53,947 bases of DNA from Nemertoderma westbladi (taxonomy: Eukaryota; Animalia; Xenacoelomorpha). The notes under the pieces were generated by a model. That model worked only from the letters and a program-made list of their open reading frames with translations, had not been told where the DNA came from and ran no database searches. Below are positions 22,142 to 35,029 of this stretch, one piece after another. Numbering within the stretch: the first letter of the stretch is position 1; the number at the start of each line of letters is the position of its first letter. The DNA is taken from the NCBI GenBank assembly GCA_032718475.1, contig JAUCBJ010007308.1, positions 1 to 53,947 of the forward strand, read 5' to 3'. A program made the translations under genes and the position numbers.

Positions 22142-23488
22142 TTATTACGTAGCCAGATTGGCAGTGCCTGCGCTATCGTGGTGATGTTATTAGATGCGTT
22201 GAGTTCGTATGGCGCGTCTAGCGTCTTCAGCACGATTAACGCCTTCTCGACCTTATTCGCGAAGGTCTTTATACTAACAGGGTTATCCTGTAGGCCACCC
22301 GATGTTATTCCCCTCAGGGTCTGCCGGATGATCTTGGCTGGGTGTCCGTATTCCCTGTCTAGGGCCCGCCATGCAGTCGTGAAGCCACCCTCGATGCCCT
22401 GATACTGCCTCACGATGTCGTACGCTGGGCCTCCTGTGTATACCTGTAAATATTTTAGGCACTCCGCCTGCGTCAGATTCTTAGTTAATATTTCGTTGCT
22501 GTACATGCGTCGGAATTGCAGGTATTCTTCCGGTCCTGCTTCCGTCGAATTTAAATGGCTCAACTGGTGGTAGCTCGATCCTGGTCTTGAGCGCATCGAT
22601 AAGTGTTGCCATTCCCACGCCTGTGCTTCCAATGGGTTCGAGGGATGCTGTACAGACTCTCCTGTTGGGTGCGGTCCGCCCGTCGGGCCTGTTGACCTTT
22701 TCTGTGTCGGATATATCATTGGGGGTAACGGCCCCCTCCATATCTCCGTGTCGCACGATCTGTTCTGGTCCAGGGGTTCGATGTTCTTATTCTCGGTTGA
22801 GTGTATTGCTGATATTGTAATGGGGGAATGTCACCCTGCCCCCCCCCCCCCCCACCGGTGTTATGTTTGGTACTGGGGTTGATGTTAATATATTGGGGCC
22901 CATACACCTATCTGCAATAACTCCCCCCTCCCCTGGATATATGTTATGTCCCTGCATATTATAGTCATACTGCTGTGCTGGTACCGGTATAGGCCTATCC
23001 ACTTCTTGCCTACCTACCGGTATGTATGCCGCGACTTCCGGATCTAATCCCGTTGTTCGCGCTACCCTATCGCCTACACTATCTCTCCCAGCATGGCCTA
23101 TAGTATGTGCAGTAAGGCCTACAGTATGTCCTGCAGTCTGCCTGTGTCCTTCCGGACCGAAGTTTAATCTTCTCGAATATTCCAAGAAGTCCTCCCCGCG
23201 ACTACCGTACTCTCGATCGGCAGCTATATCCCGTCGGGAAGTTTCTCTTCGATCCCCTCTCCTGTTCTCATCCTCGTATCGGTACATTCTGTACCCTTCT
23301 CCTGGTGTGCGGTGCGTCTCTCCGGGGCGACGGCAATCTCCCGGAGTTCGACCCCACTGACTCCCTAACTCCATCTCTACTACCGACGGTTCGCTGTCCG
23401 TCCTCGCTCTCCGGTTGCTCGTAGCAACGCTTCTTCTATTCTCTTCACGCTCTTGTGATCTCTCTTCGACCTCCCGGTTAAACTCCAC
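22087..23488 (-). pseudogene. Frameshifted BEL/Pao Gag (DUF1759-like) and low-complexity N-terminal region
   Basis: IELPPVEPFKFDG (in 22756..22481) shifts frame into PEEYLQFRR...CLKYLQVYTGGPA...AWRALDREYGHP (22719..22087); at least three frameshifts. Confidence 0.8.
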
Positions 23489-23660
23489 TGTTCTTCTTCT
23501 CTCTTCCGACTGACGTCTTCTCGCTCGCCCGCTCCTGGCGTCAACATCTCTCTCTCTGCCCGGTTGGACGCTCTTGGGGATACTCGCAACCCCCCTACTA
23601 TTCTCCGTCGTCGGGTGCCGCGGTTCACCTAACTCGCCCCGCGCATTATCCGCCGACGCC

Positions 23661-24122
23661 TGTGGGACATTCTCTGCCCCCCCCCCCCTCTCGCCACTAA
23701 TCTCTCATGGTGGGGCGCCCGTAGCCCCCCCCCCCCCACCCGCCACTTCGTACTTCACTACCTCTTACTTCGCTTCTATGCCCCTCTTGTGGGACATTCT
23801 CTGCCCCCCCCCCCCCCCCCCCTCTCGCCACTAATCTCCCGTGGTGGGGCGCCCGTAGCCCCCCCCCCCCCACTCGCCACTTCTTACTTCACTACCTCCT
23901 ACTTCGCTTCTACGCCCCTCTCTAGTCGATGCACTGTCTCTACTGCGACTGGGTCTACTCACCCCCACCTCTCCCTGTACCACTGCTTGGCCTTGCAGGC
24001 TCCCGTTGGGTTGACTCACCCCTGCTGCTCCCTGCCTAACTACGTGGCCTTGCAGGCTCCCGTTGGGTGACTCACCCCCGCTACTCCCTGCGTACTAACT
24101 AAGTGGCCTTGCAGGCTCTCGC
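23661..24122. repeat. Tandem duplications (~130 bp x2 with poly-C tracts; ~56 bp x3)
   Basis: TGTGGGACATTCTCTG(C)n... at 23661 and 23788; TGGCCTTGCAGGCTC occurs three times between 23988 and 24120. Confidence 0.8.
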
Positions 24123-26291
24123 TGGCTGGATAGCCTAATCTTATTGTAAAATGCGTTTACAACTACGTCCCTTCTAATCTAATCTAATCGCATCTAATCG
24201 CATCTAATCGCAATACTGGGGTTCCCTAACGGAATGTGTGAATGTGAGAATATTTAAAATAATCAAAAATCGGTACAGTATTTATTTCGGGACTCAAACT
24301 TATCTGCGGCTGGCTTTAGGCCAGCAATTTACTGATGCGCGCTGTATACTGTATACTACAATGTGAATTTTGTCCGCTAATTCAAATAACCGCCCAGCGT
24401 GAATAGTGTACGGTACTCTAAAATTATTACCTTAACTACCCTCCGCTATGCAGCGTACAAATTCTTAATTTTACTAATTAATTACAGTCACAAATATGTA
24501 ACGGCGTACTAATTACTAAGTATTCCAGAGTGCGTAATTCTAAATTATTACGCAACGGGTCACACTAGCAACAGCCTAAAATACCGTATTATTTTCGACC
24601 TAATCAGAAATTAATTACAGTAAACTAAGAAATAGAAATCAATCAAAGGGAAAAGAGCGCCTATTCCAAGCATTCGTGATTTATTAGGCACACTTTAGTA
24701 ATACACCAATCAGCGTAACAATCTATAGTTTATACTTACCAATTTAATTCTTAAAGCACAATTCACAATCAGCAGTCAAACAACAATCGCAATTTACAGT
24801 TTAGCTAGCAATTCACAACTCGCAACTCGCAACGTAAAGCACGCAGATCTCTCCCGGCTACGTCTAGGCTTCCTAACTAACCCAATTCCTGTCCCCCTAA
24901 TACTACAAAATAGAGACAAAACCTGGATCATCAGCCCCTAATTACTGAACCGGCGTACCTGACCCACTCTACGCTGCAAACTTGCGCGCGCAATAGTAAT
25001 CCCCCCAATGTTGCTTGTCTTTGAATCCTCCGCACTCCCGTTGTCGCTAACCCCCCAATGCGCCCGCCGCGCTTACCGGTACCCTAGCCCTCCATCAGAA
25101 TGAGTAGCTACCGTAGCGGCACATGCAAATCACAAAGTCTGACAGTCTAAGAAATCCCGTAGGATTATTGTCGAAAGGAATCACATAGAACCATTTACTA
25201 AAGGGTAGAAATCATAGTTCCAATTTGTAATTAACAGTGATCGTTGAGATTGATTGAGAAACACAAACAAGAATCAAACAGAAATTGTAAATTAGCGAAT
25301 CATTGCAAGAAATCAAAAGGGCAGTAATTTACACAGAAAAAACTAAGCATCGAATAATAGTTGAAGGTGAGCTGTGTGGGGTGTGGGGTGTGGAGATTGT
25401 GGGTTGTGAGTAAGAGTGTAATGGGTTGTGTGGCAATGGAAGTAGGCCAATTTATAGGTGATTTGAGAAGGGTGATGCAATCGATCTCTCATTGGCTCCC
25501 CAATCCGAGCTACCATTAGACCAACCTGGAAGCAGTTAGGCCAATAAGAGAGCCGGATTGTGAACCTATTGCTCCCTGGATTCGCAAATTGCCACCATAA
25601 AAGGTAATTTTCCCGATGCTTAATTTGGCGGTACTAATAATATCATGCACAAATATAAATTTAGCGCAATTATAGAGAAATTAAAACCAGTAGCTAGCCT
25701 CATCAAGGCTAATAACGGCAAGCCCATATCCAGGGTCCAACAAGGACTTGCTACCCTGGAACTATCTACTTATATCCTATTACAAAATTACATAGGTAGG
25801 GCTACATACTATACAAAATGGATGAGTTCAAAATATATGGGCGTTTCAACTTCCTTATCTAAATATCATTGCGCGTTATGCCTTATCTAAATAATTATAC
25901 TGCATCACGGACTAATATATGATACTATATAATGGACTAATATATTATACTGTATAATGGACTAATGTATGTACAGTATAATGGACTAATATATTACATA
26001 ATGTAGGTACAGCGCCATATACCGTAACAACCTATGTCTCCTACATTAGTATTAATAGCCCCGTTATCAATATTATTATTTAAATTATTTAAATTAGAAT
26101 TATTATTATTTTGTATATTTAAATTAATATTATTATTCGAATTATTTTGTATATTTTAATTTAAATTATTATTTGGATTATTTGTTTTTAAATTAATATT
26201 ACTGGGTAAAAGATTATTTCCTGCAATGAAAGTTTGATTAGGGTTGTCTACTATGGTACTATTAATATTAATGCCCTCTAACGTATTATTA

Positions 26292-27057
26292 TTACCCCCC
26301 CCCCCCCTCCCCCGCCGTACGGTTACACCAGTCTTGGGTCTGTCGTCCGGTGCCTGTAAGTGGGGTATTAACAAATGTCTCCATTACTTCTGGCTCCTCG
26401 TAAATACTACCCGAGCCAGCCTCACTCTCAGATAATCCCAATTGCGCCAGTTCTAGTCGGCGCTTCTGCTTGGCCTGATATTGCATAAGCTCCCTCAACC
26501 AGGCATGCATATCATTCCGCATGCGCTTTCCCTCTCTTTCTCTCTCTCTCTCTGTCCTCTCACAAACTCTGGTTCGCTAACTCTGTTTCTCTCGCCACCC
26601 GCTCTCTACGCTCGCTCTCTACTCTCGCCTCCCGCTCTTTACACTCCTCTGCCTCTCTCTCTTCTTGCTCTCTACAGTTCTTTGCCACCCTCTCGGCTCT
26701 CTCTCTACATTCCCTCGCCAACTCTCTCTCTTTCTCTAACAACACAGTTCCCTCATCCAACTGCCTCTCTAATTCTTTCTGTTCTAGCGCCACCATGTCC
26801 AGTTGACATGCCAGATCTATCTCTAACACCCTTCTTGCTTTCGCGGAGGATGTAGCGGACTTATCGGTCGTGACAGACTCCCGTCGCCTCTCTGTCCTAC
26901 TAACTTTCCCCCGCTCTCTGGGGTTCTCGCTAACCGACGAGACCGAATCCTCGGGGTTAACCTCGGGTTCGCCCTCGTGCGGATCCGCCCAACCCACTAA
27001 CTTAATTCCCCTAGCATCCACTAAGTACGGCCCTACATACACTACTTCAGGCTCCAT
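26292..27057 (-). pseudogene. BEL/Pao Gag N-terminal fragment (frameshifted)
   Basis: VNPEDSVSSVS motif followed by a Ser-rich stretch and an E/R coiled coil, as in BEL/Pao Gag. Confidence 0.6.
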
Positions 27058-27244
27058 AACCCCGGATCGCCACAGTTCGAATAGTTCGGTGGCGACCCCC
27101 CTCGCTCTCTCACTCGCCAGTTCTCCGAGCCCAAAACGGACCAGATACCGAAAGTATTTGTTCGACTCACCTAGCCGTTGGTGTAACTTAGGCTGGTTTA
27201 CCTTTCCTCCCTCTCTGGCCTCCTTTAATAGTTTCTTCGTTAAA

Positions 27245-27945
27245 TTCTTTAGGAATTTTGCTTGATAACAAGTTCCTCAGCCGTTTCCCTACTAGGCTGG
27301 TGAATATTTTGTAAGCGTTGCATAGTAGCGAAATACCTCTATAATTGTCTGGGTCGGTGCGGGTGCCCTTTCCTTTATATATGACTTTTGTAATGCTCGA
27401 CTTCCAGCATTTGACTAGAGAACCGCTGTTTAAACAGATGTTGAACAATGTCGTCCATAATCGTTAATATGTTTAATCGTTAATATGATGGCGGATGACA
27501 ATATTGCTTGGTACCGGTAATAGATTAATATACAGCCAATGTTGTTGACGGTGATGGTAAAACAATATTACCTGTCTGCACTGAAACTGGGTAACTAACT
27601 AAACTGAATCACAAGACCGGTAGCAGGAGATAATATATGATTGATATACCAATATTACTTCACTCCTACGCTACCTTGGCCTGCTACCTAATGGATGCTC
27701 TCCTTTGCCCTTATTGGCTAATGTTCCACTTCTCACCCTTTCACTCTCTGGGAGTGTTTCCCCTCTGTTGCTAGCCTCTGCTAGCTGTGTCCCCTCTGAG
27801 GTGGTTTGACCTCTAACCTTCCTTTGTGTGTGGCTTCGGGGCTTGTGTTGCCCCCCCCCCCCAAATATTGGTTTTGTTACGAGATTAATATTGCTAATCT
27901 CGTATCTCCAACATATTGCTGAAAATGCCACTACCCCATTTTCTG
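27245..27945 (-). repeat. Second copy of LINE fragment (27245-27462) plus LTR (27470-27945, lacking the last 33 bp)
   Basis: Direct repeat of 18079-18777, roughly 20 differences in ~700 bp by eye. Confidence 0.95.
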
Positions 27946-29968
27946 ACTTGTACTGGTACTTGTACTTGTACTTGTACTTGTACTTGTACTTGTACTTGTA
28001 CTGGTACTTGTACTGGTACTGGTACTGGTACTGGTACTTGAACTTGTACTTATACTTATACTTGTATTTGTACTTGTACTTGTACTTGTACTTGTACATG
28101 TAATTGTACTTGTACGTGTACTTATACTTGCACTTGTACTTGTACTTGTACTGGTACTGGTACTGGTACTTGTACTTGTACTGGTACTTGTACTTGAACT
28201 TGTACTTCTACTTCTACTTGTATTTGTACTTGTACTTGTACTGGTACTTGTACTACTACTTGTACTTGTACTGGTACTGGTACTTGTACTTGAACTTGTA
28301 CTTCTACTTATACTTGTATTTGTACTTGTACTTGTACTTGTACATGTAATTGTACTTGTACGTGTACTTGTACTTGCACTTGTACTTGTACTGGTACTGG
28401 TACTTGTACTGGTACTTGTACTTGTACTGGTACTTGTACTGGTACTTGTACTTGAACTTGTACTTCTACTTATACTTGTATTTGTACTTGTACTTGTACT
28501 TGTACTTGTACATGTAATTGTACTTGTACTTGCACTTGTACTTGTACTGGTACTTGTACTGGTACTTGTACTTGTACTTGAACTTGTACTTATACTTGTA
28601 TTTGTACTTGTACTTGTACTTGTACATGTAATTGTACTTGTACTTGTACTTGTACTTGTACGTGTACTTGTACTTGCACTTGTACTTGTACTTGTACTTG
28701 TACTTGTACTTGTACTTGTACTTCTACTTGTATTTGTACTTGTACTTGTACATGTAATTGTACTTGTACTTGTACTTATACTTGTACTTGTACTGGTACT
28801 TGTACTTGTACTGGTACTTGTACTTGTACTGGTACTTGTACTTGTACTGGTACTGGTACTTGTACTTGAACTTGTACTTGTACTTATACTTGTATTTGTA
28901 CTTGTACTTGTACTTGTACTTGTACTTGTACTTGTACTTGTACTTGCACTTGTACTTGTACTGGTACTTGTACTTGTACTGGTACTTGTACTTCTACTTA
29001 TACTTATACTTATACTTGTATTTGTACTTGTACTTGTACATGTAATTGTACTTGTACTTGCACTTGTACTTGTACATGTAATTGTACTTGTACTTGTACT
29101 TATACTTGTACTGGTACTTGTACTTGTACTGGTACTTGTACTTGTACTGGTACTTGTACTTGTACTGGTACTGGTACTTGTACTTGAACTTGTACTTGTA
29201 CTTATACTTGTATTTGTACTTGTACTTGTACTTGTACTTGTACTTGTACTTGCACTTGTACTTGTACTGGTACTTGTACTTGTACTGGTACTTGTACTTC
29301 TACTTATACTTATACTTATACTTGTATTTGTACTTGTACTTGTACATGTAATTGTACTTGTACTTGCACTTGTACTTGTACTTGTACTGGTACTGGTACT
29401 TGTACTTGTATTGGTACTTGTACTTGTACTTGTACTTGTACTGGTACTTGTACTGGTACTTGTACTTGTACTGGTACTTGTACTTGAACTTGTACTTATA
29501 CTTGTATTTGTACTTGTACTTGTACTTGTACATGTAATTGTACTTGTACTTGTACGTGTACTTGTACTTGCACTTGTACTTGTACTGGTACTGGTACTTG
29601 TACTTGTACTTGTACTGGTACTTGTACTTGTATTTGTACTTGTACTTGTACTTGTACTTGTACTTGCACTTGTACTGGTACTTGTACTTGTACTTGTACT
29701 GGTACTTGTACTTATACTTGTATTTGTACTTGTACTGGTACTGGTACTGGTACTTGTACTTGTACTGGTACTTGTACTGGTACTGGTACTTGTACTGGTA
29801 CTTGTACTTGTACTTGTACTGGTACTGGTACTGGTACTTGTACTTGAACTTGTACTTATACTTATACTTGTATTTGTACTTGTACTTGTACTTGTACATG
29901 TAATTTTACTTGTACTTGTACGTGTACTTGGTACTTGTACGTGTACTTGTGCTTGTACTTGTACTTGT
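27946..29968. repeat. ~2-kb (TACTTG)n hexanucleotide array with ordered variant units
   Basis: Directly visible. Variants include TACTGG, AACTTG, TACTTA, TATTTG, TACATG, TAATTG, TACGTG and CACTTG. Confidence 0.98.
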
Positions 29969-30002
29969 TCTGGTTCCGGTACTTGACTGACGGTGAGATT
30001 TT

Positions 30003-30127
30003 CGAAATTCCGGTCAGTAAATTGGACAAAATGCCCAGAAATACGGAAATTGTGGCCGGATTTCCGGACGTCCGGGCATTCTAGTGACCTGACTTCCGGA
30101 CGTCCGCGGACGTTCGGGCATTCTAGC
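30003..30127 (+). repeat. Single diverged monomer of the 163-bp satellite
   Basis: GAAATTCCGGTCAGTAAATTGGACAAAATGCCC...GTCCGGGCATTCTAGTG matches the satellite consensus. Confidence 0.8.
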
Positions 30128-30139
30128 CGTTCTAAACGG

Positions 30140-33100
30140 CTTGCAAAAACTGTGGATTGACCAACCATTCCCCTGGTCAAGCATGCCCAGCACGTGTTGT
30201 GAGATGCTATACTTGTGGAAAATCAGGTCATTTTGGTCGAGTTTGCCGCCAAGGTAAGAACAATCCCCCAGTAAGGCCCAAAACCCCAGGGGCTATTAAC
30301 CACTTGTTTATTGGAAGCATTACTAAAGGCGATTCTGATGTCCCAATTCACTCCAGTTTAGATGGTGGAGACCCATCTACAATGGTCTGGTTATGTGATC
30401 CAGGTGCATTCGCGAACATTATATCTTGTCAGGACTTGGCCATTCTCGGTGAGGGGCGCCATGATGTCAAAATGGGCCCCGACCATGATACTCTCACTGG
30501 TCGAGATGGTCATGTATTAGCGTCGTTTGGGGTGGTAAGTATTAAATTCCAGCTATATGATAGAGTGTATACAGCGATGGTCCATGTTCTAGAAAATGCT
30601 CGTACACCATTGTTATCACGAGAGGGTTGTATTGCTTTGGGTCTTATTCCGCCTGGATGGCCTGTTTCAGTAGCCCAGTCTGGGTGGGAAAATCCAACAA
30701 TTGGTGCACCGCTAAAATATAGTACTGAGTTGGATAGCCAGTTCTCTCTGTCAGCACTTTCGAATTCAACTCAAATCACACCTACATCAGTGGGATGGGG
30801 AGCTATGTCCCCAGATATGGAATTATTACCAGCTCCTGTAAGGGCAGTTCCAGATAAAGGTGTATTAGCAACCAAGGAGAGTTGGTTTGCAGAGTTTGGG
30901 GATGTATTCCCTGAACTACATGATGATACACCATTATCCACAATGGCTGGACCGGAAATGGTAATTAATTTAAAGCCGGGTGCAATGCCATCAGCTAGGT
31001 ATCGACCATACCCAATACCAATTCATTGGCAAGAAAAAGTCCATGATATGTTATTAGCTATGGAGTCCAAAGGTGTAATTGAGAGGGTGCCAGTACATGA
31101 GGTGTCTGACTGGGTGCATCCAATGGTGGTGGTCCCTAAGAAAACTCGACAGAACCAAGAATTACTGTCGACTTCACTGCTTTAAATCGGCATGTGCGGC
31201 GACCAGGCTACCCTACAAGGATACCAGCGCATGAGGTAGCCCAGATTCAGCCGGGAATGAGGCTGTTCAGCACTTTTGATGCGCGTCATGGGTACTGGCA
31301 GGTGCCCTTAGCAAAGGAGAGCCGCGCCCTGACCACCTTCATTACACCATGGGGTCGTATGAGGTTCTTAAGAAATGTAAATGTAATGGGCTTGATCAGT
31401 GCTGGTGACGAGCACAATAGCCGAATTGATGATGCGCTGCAGGGTATACCTAACGTATACAGTATCGTTGAGGACATTGTGGCATGTGATATTGATTCTG
31501 ATGCTCACGAGGATCGAGTGCGCACCATTCTCCAGCGCTGTCGCAGTCATAAGATCACATTGAATCGTAATAAATTTGTCTATTCAAGTAGAATGGTGTG
31601 GCTAAAACTTATCAGAAGAGGGTTACAGAATGTCAAACAACTTAGTTGAGGCTTTGTCATCATTTCCAGTACCACAATCTCGCACTGATACAAGGTCTTT
31701 TTGTGGTTTAGTGCAGCAGTTTAATGCATTTTCCACAGATATCGCCTTGTTGTCAGCACCAATTACCGCGTTGCTATCGCCTAAGGTCCCATTTGTATGG
31801 GAGGCCCCTCAGCAAAAGGCATTTGATGACCTAATAGCAGTGTTAACTTCGAACCAGGTGTTAGCCCACTATAATCCAGGCTTAAAGATGCGCCTTGAGA
31901 CTGACGCTGCACAGTCTAAAGGCCTGGGTTTTGCATTATGGAACAACAGCCACATACCACAGAAGCAGATATCGTTTGGCGTCTTAGCCAGTGTGGCTCC
32001 AGAACGGTAACACAGACTGAAGCTCGGTACTCAGCCACAGAAATTGAGTTATTAGCGGTAGTTTGGACGGTTCGAAAATGTGGCCTGTTCCTCCGTGGGG
32101 CCCATTTTGATCTAATTGTCGACCATAAGCCCCTTGTGTCTATACTAAACCATAAGCCATTAGATGAGATCGATTCACCCCGTATCATGAGGCTCAAGGA
32201 GAAGCTGGCATGTGTAGACTTGACAGCAATCTGGAGGAAAGGATCGGCTCATACTATTGTGGACACCTTCACTAGGTTTCCGGTTTGCCCACCAGACATG
32301 GAAGATGAAGAAGGTGGGCAGAAATAGAGCACAGTATTAATCTTGTGGCTACCAATGCGGTAAATATTGGTAGTGCAAAGATAGACCCTGATTTAGCCTT
32401 AGAGAAGATTAAGGAAGCTGGTGCAGCTGATGGGGAATACATGAAATTGTTTGACCTAGTAACTAAGGCTGCATTTCCAAACGAAAAATACATGTTGGAC
32501 TTAGAATTAAGGCCATACTGGGCTGTTCGGGATGGCCTATCGGCTTATGATGGTATGGTCCTATATGGCAGTCGCATCGTAGTTCCGAAGCAGATGCTTC
32601 ACAAGATACTAGTTGGGCTCCATGCCGCACACCAAGGACAAGAAAGAGCTCTTCAGCGCGCAAGGGAGTGCGTGTTTTGGCCTGGGCTTACAAATGATGT
32701 GGCCAACCAGGTTCGCAGTTGCCCCGAATGTGAAACCCATAAAGCAAGTTACCGACAAGAGCCATTTATCCACGACATAAGACCAGTGTTTGCAGGTGAG
32801 GCTATATCTGCAGATTTATTTTTTTTATGCGGGAGGTCAGTACTTAGTCATTACGGATAAATACTCTGGTTGGCCCGAAGTATACCCATGCGGGAAAAGA
32901 GGGGTGAACACATCACATACAATCGGCCATTTGGTGTCATGGATTAAGGAATTTGGTTTTCCACGACGTCTACTACAGACAATGGCTCGCAATTTTCGTC
33001 CAACGAGTTTGCGACCTTCTGCTCAGAAAATAACATAAACCATGACCCTTCGTCCCCTCACCACCACCAGGCAAATAGTTATGGTGAGGCGGCTGTGAAG

Positions 33101-33636
33101 AGTATGAAGGAGATGTTAATAAAGGTGAGCCCATCAGGTGACACAACCACAATCAATTTCGCCATTGCTATGTTAGAATATCGCAACACACCTCGAAAAG
33201 ATGGCCTCAGCCCAACCCAATGGCGACTAGGACACCATACTCGGACTACATTGCCTATGACCAACTATGCCAGGATAACGGAAACGCAACGTGGAGCAGC
33301 TGAATCTAAAGTGTCAATCATTCGTAATAACGCTTCCCGCCTGAATGACCGTGGGTCTCATGTTATGTCTGTTCTCCAGCCAGGCGAGCATGTTCGGATA
33401 CAAAACCCTCGATCAAATAAATGGACACAATGGCAACCGTTGTTCGCGGTAATGAACGAAACCGAAGTTATTTCGTCCGTACAGATTATGGGTCAACACT
33501 TTGGCGAAATAGGCGATTCCTTCGGCCTGTATTCCAAGCGGATACCCCTACCACATCGGATAGTCATGTTGATCCCACGCCAATACCACAAAGTTCGCCT
33601 ACAGTAGATCAGGATGGCTGGTCTGTGGTGCAACCA
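30140..33636 (+). mobile_element. Decayed Ty3/gypsy gag-pol (zinc knuckle, protease, RT, RNase H, integrase); multiple frameshifts and stops; no LTRs seen
   Basis: CYTCGKSGHFGRVC; LCDPGA protease motif; WVHPMVVVPKK, FSTFDARHGYWQVPL, TTFITPWG and IVEDI (RT); LETDAA, YSATEIELLAV and VDHKPL (RNase H); LHAAHQG..CPEC, ISADLF and EAAVKSMK (integrase). Domain order is gypsy-type. Confidence 0.93.
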
Positions 33637-35029
33637 CATTAGCAAGCCATAGATACAATGTAAATCAAATTGTGAAAAAATTCAATCCACCAAGTTTATT
33701 TTTTCCTGATAACTTTAATTGTTCATATTTAATTTTAGTCATAAATAATATGGACATAGATTCACATATAAGAGGCAATGCATATTGGACCTCTTTACAG
33801 AGAGCTTCGGTTAAAGACCCATACAAATAAACATTGTCCTAAAGGGTAAGGGGGGGGGGGGGTGTCACATCAAAGGTAAACCAGTGTCTAACTATATTTT
33901 AATTATCTGCATTCCATCACGTGTATTTCTATTTATTATTACACGCCCTTTAGTACGGTAGTACATGCAATTATAACACGATTGTTACCAATGTGTTACC
34001 AGACTACTGTGGTATACCTTTTACTTTACGCTGATTGTGTTTTTAACATTTTAATTTATTTAACTTTTATTAATTAAAGCCGCCGGAGGTACAAACAAAT
34101 ACAAATACTAATATTGTATTAACTGATATTGTTTCATGTGGAACGCAATTTAATATTTATTACAACAACTGTAATAATTTATCAAGCCGCGCCCTATAAT
34201 AATTATTATCTCAACTTTAAATAATTAGGGTCCCCGTTCAAAAAACGCCAATCTAACATCTTCAGCTATTCCTCAACAAACCCAGAATACCAATTCAATT
34301 GTAATGGTATCGAATCAAGGAAAGTTACAGAGTCGAAAAATATAATATCTGATTCAAATAAATTATTATTCATTGATTTGATGCTATGCTACAATGATAA
34401 ATCTACATGAATATTAATAAATTTAAAGAAATAATTAATTATGATACCAACGATTTTGGCCAAGTAACAATTAAATAGCAATTTAAAATAATAATGGCAT
34501 TTCGGCAAGTCATAGAAATAACTGATATGGATAACATTAGTAATAGTAAATATGTCAGACTGAATACACAATATTTTAGGAAGTTTATTTTCGAAATATA
34601 CCGTTTTTTAAGCAACGCAATTCAACTTAAACATTATTTTCCAACAATGTGTTGGTAGTTGAACTGCTTTGACAACTGAATAACTGACTATAAGTGAGTT
34701 GTTAGTTGCCATCCCTATAAACTTGCATAACATATTATTGATACGATCTAATATCCTAAACGGGGGCCTTTCATAATATTAAACAAATTCGAGTAAATGA
34801 TGGACCTACTCACAAACACACAAAGGTGGGCGGGCGCCTAATTAATGATGACACGTCTAGGTTAATTAGGGAACCTAATTATCTACAGCTAATAAAGGAT
34901 TCATCGGGGGTTTAATAAATAGGGATGAAAAGGTCAACATTTTAACGGTAAATAAATCGTATTGAGTGAAAATATATAACAATAATAACTATATAATACT
35001 ATACTATATTACTATACAATATAACAATA

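Larger units (their letters stand above)
18304..27945 (-). mobile_element. BEL/Pao LTR retrotransposon derivative (non-autonomous, probably composite)
   Basis: Two LTR copies, a PPT, Gag (PEDSVS motif, DUF1759-like domain, Cys/His knuckles), an aspartic protease and a degenerate integrase C-tail. No RT, RNase H or integrase core. Confidence 0.8.

Noticed and set aside
27671-30180. Long ORFs encoding poly-ST, poly-YK, poly-YL and poly-LV
   Set aside because: These are by-products of a stop-free hexamer microsatellite, with no independent coding evidence.
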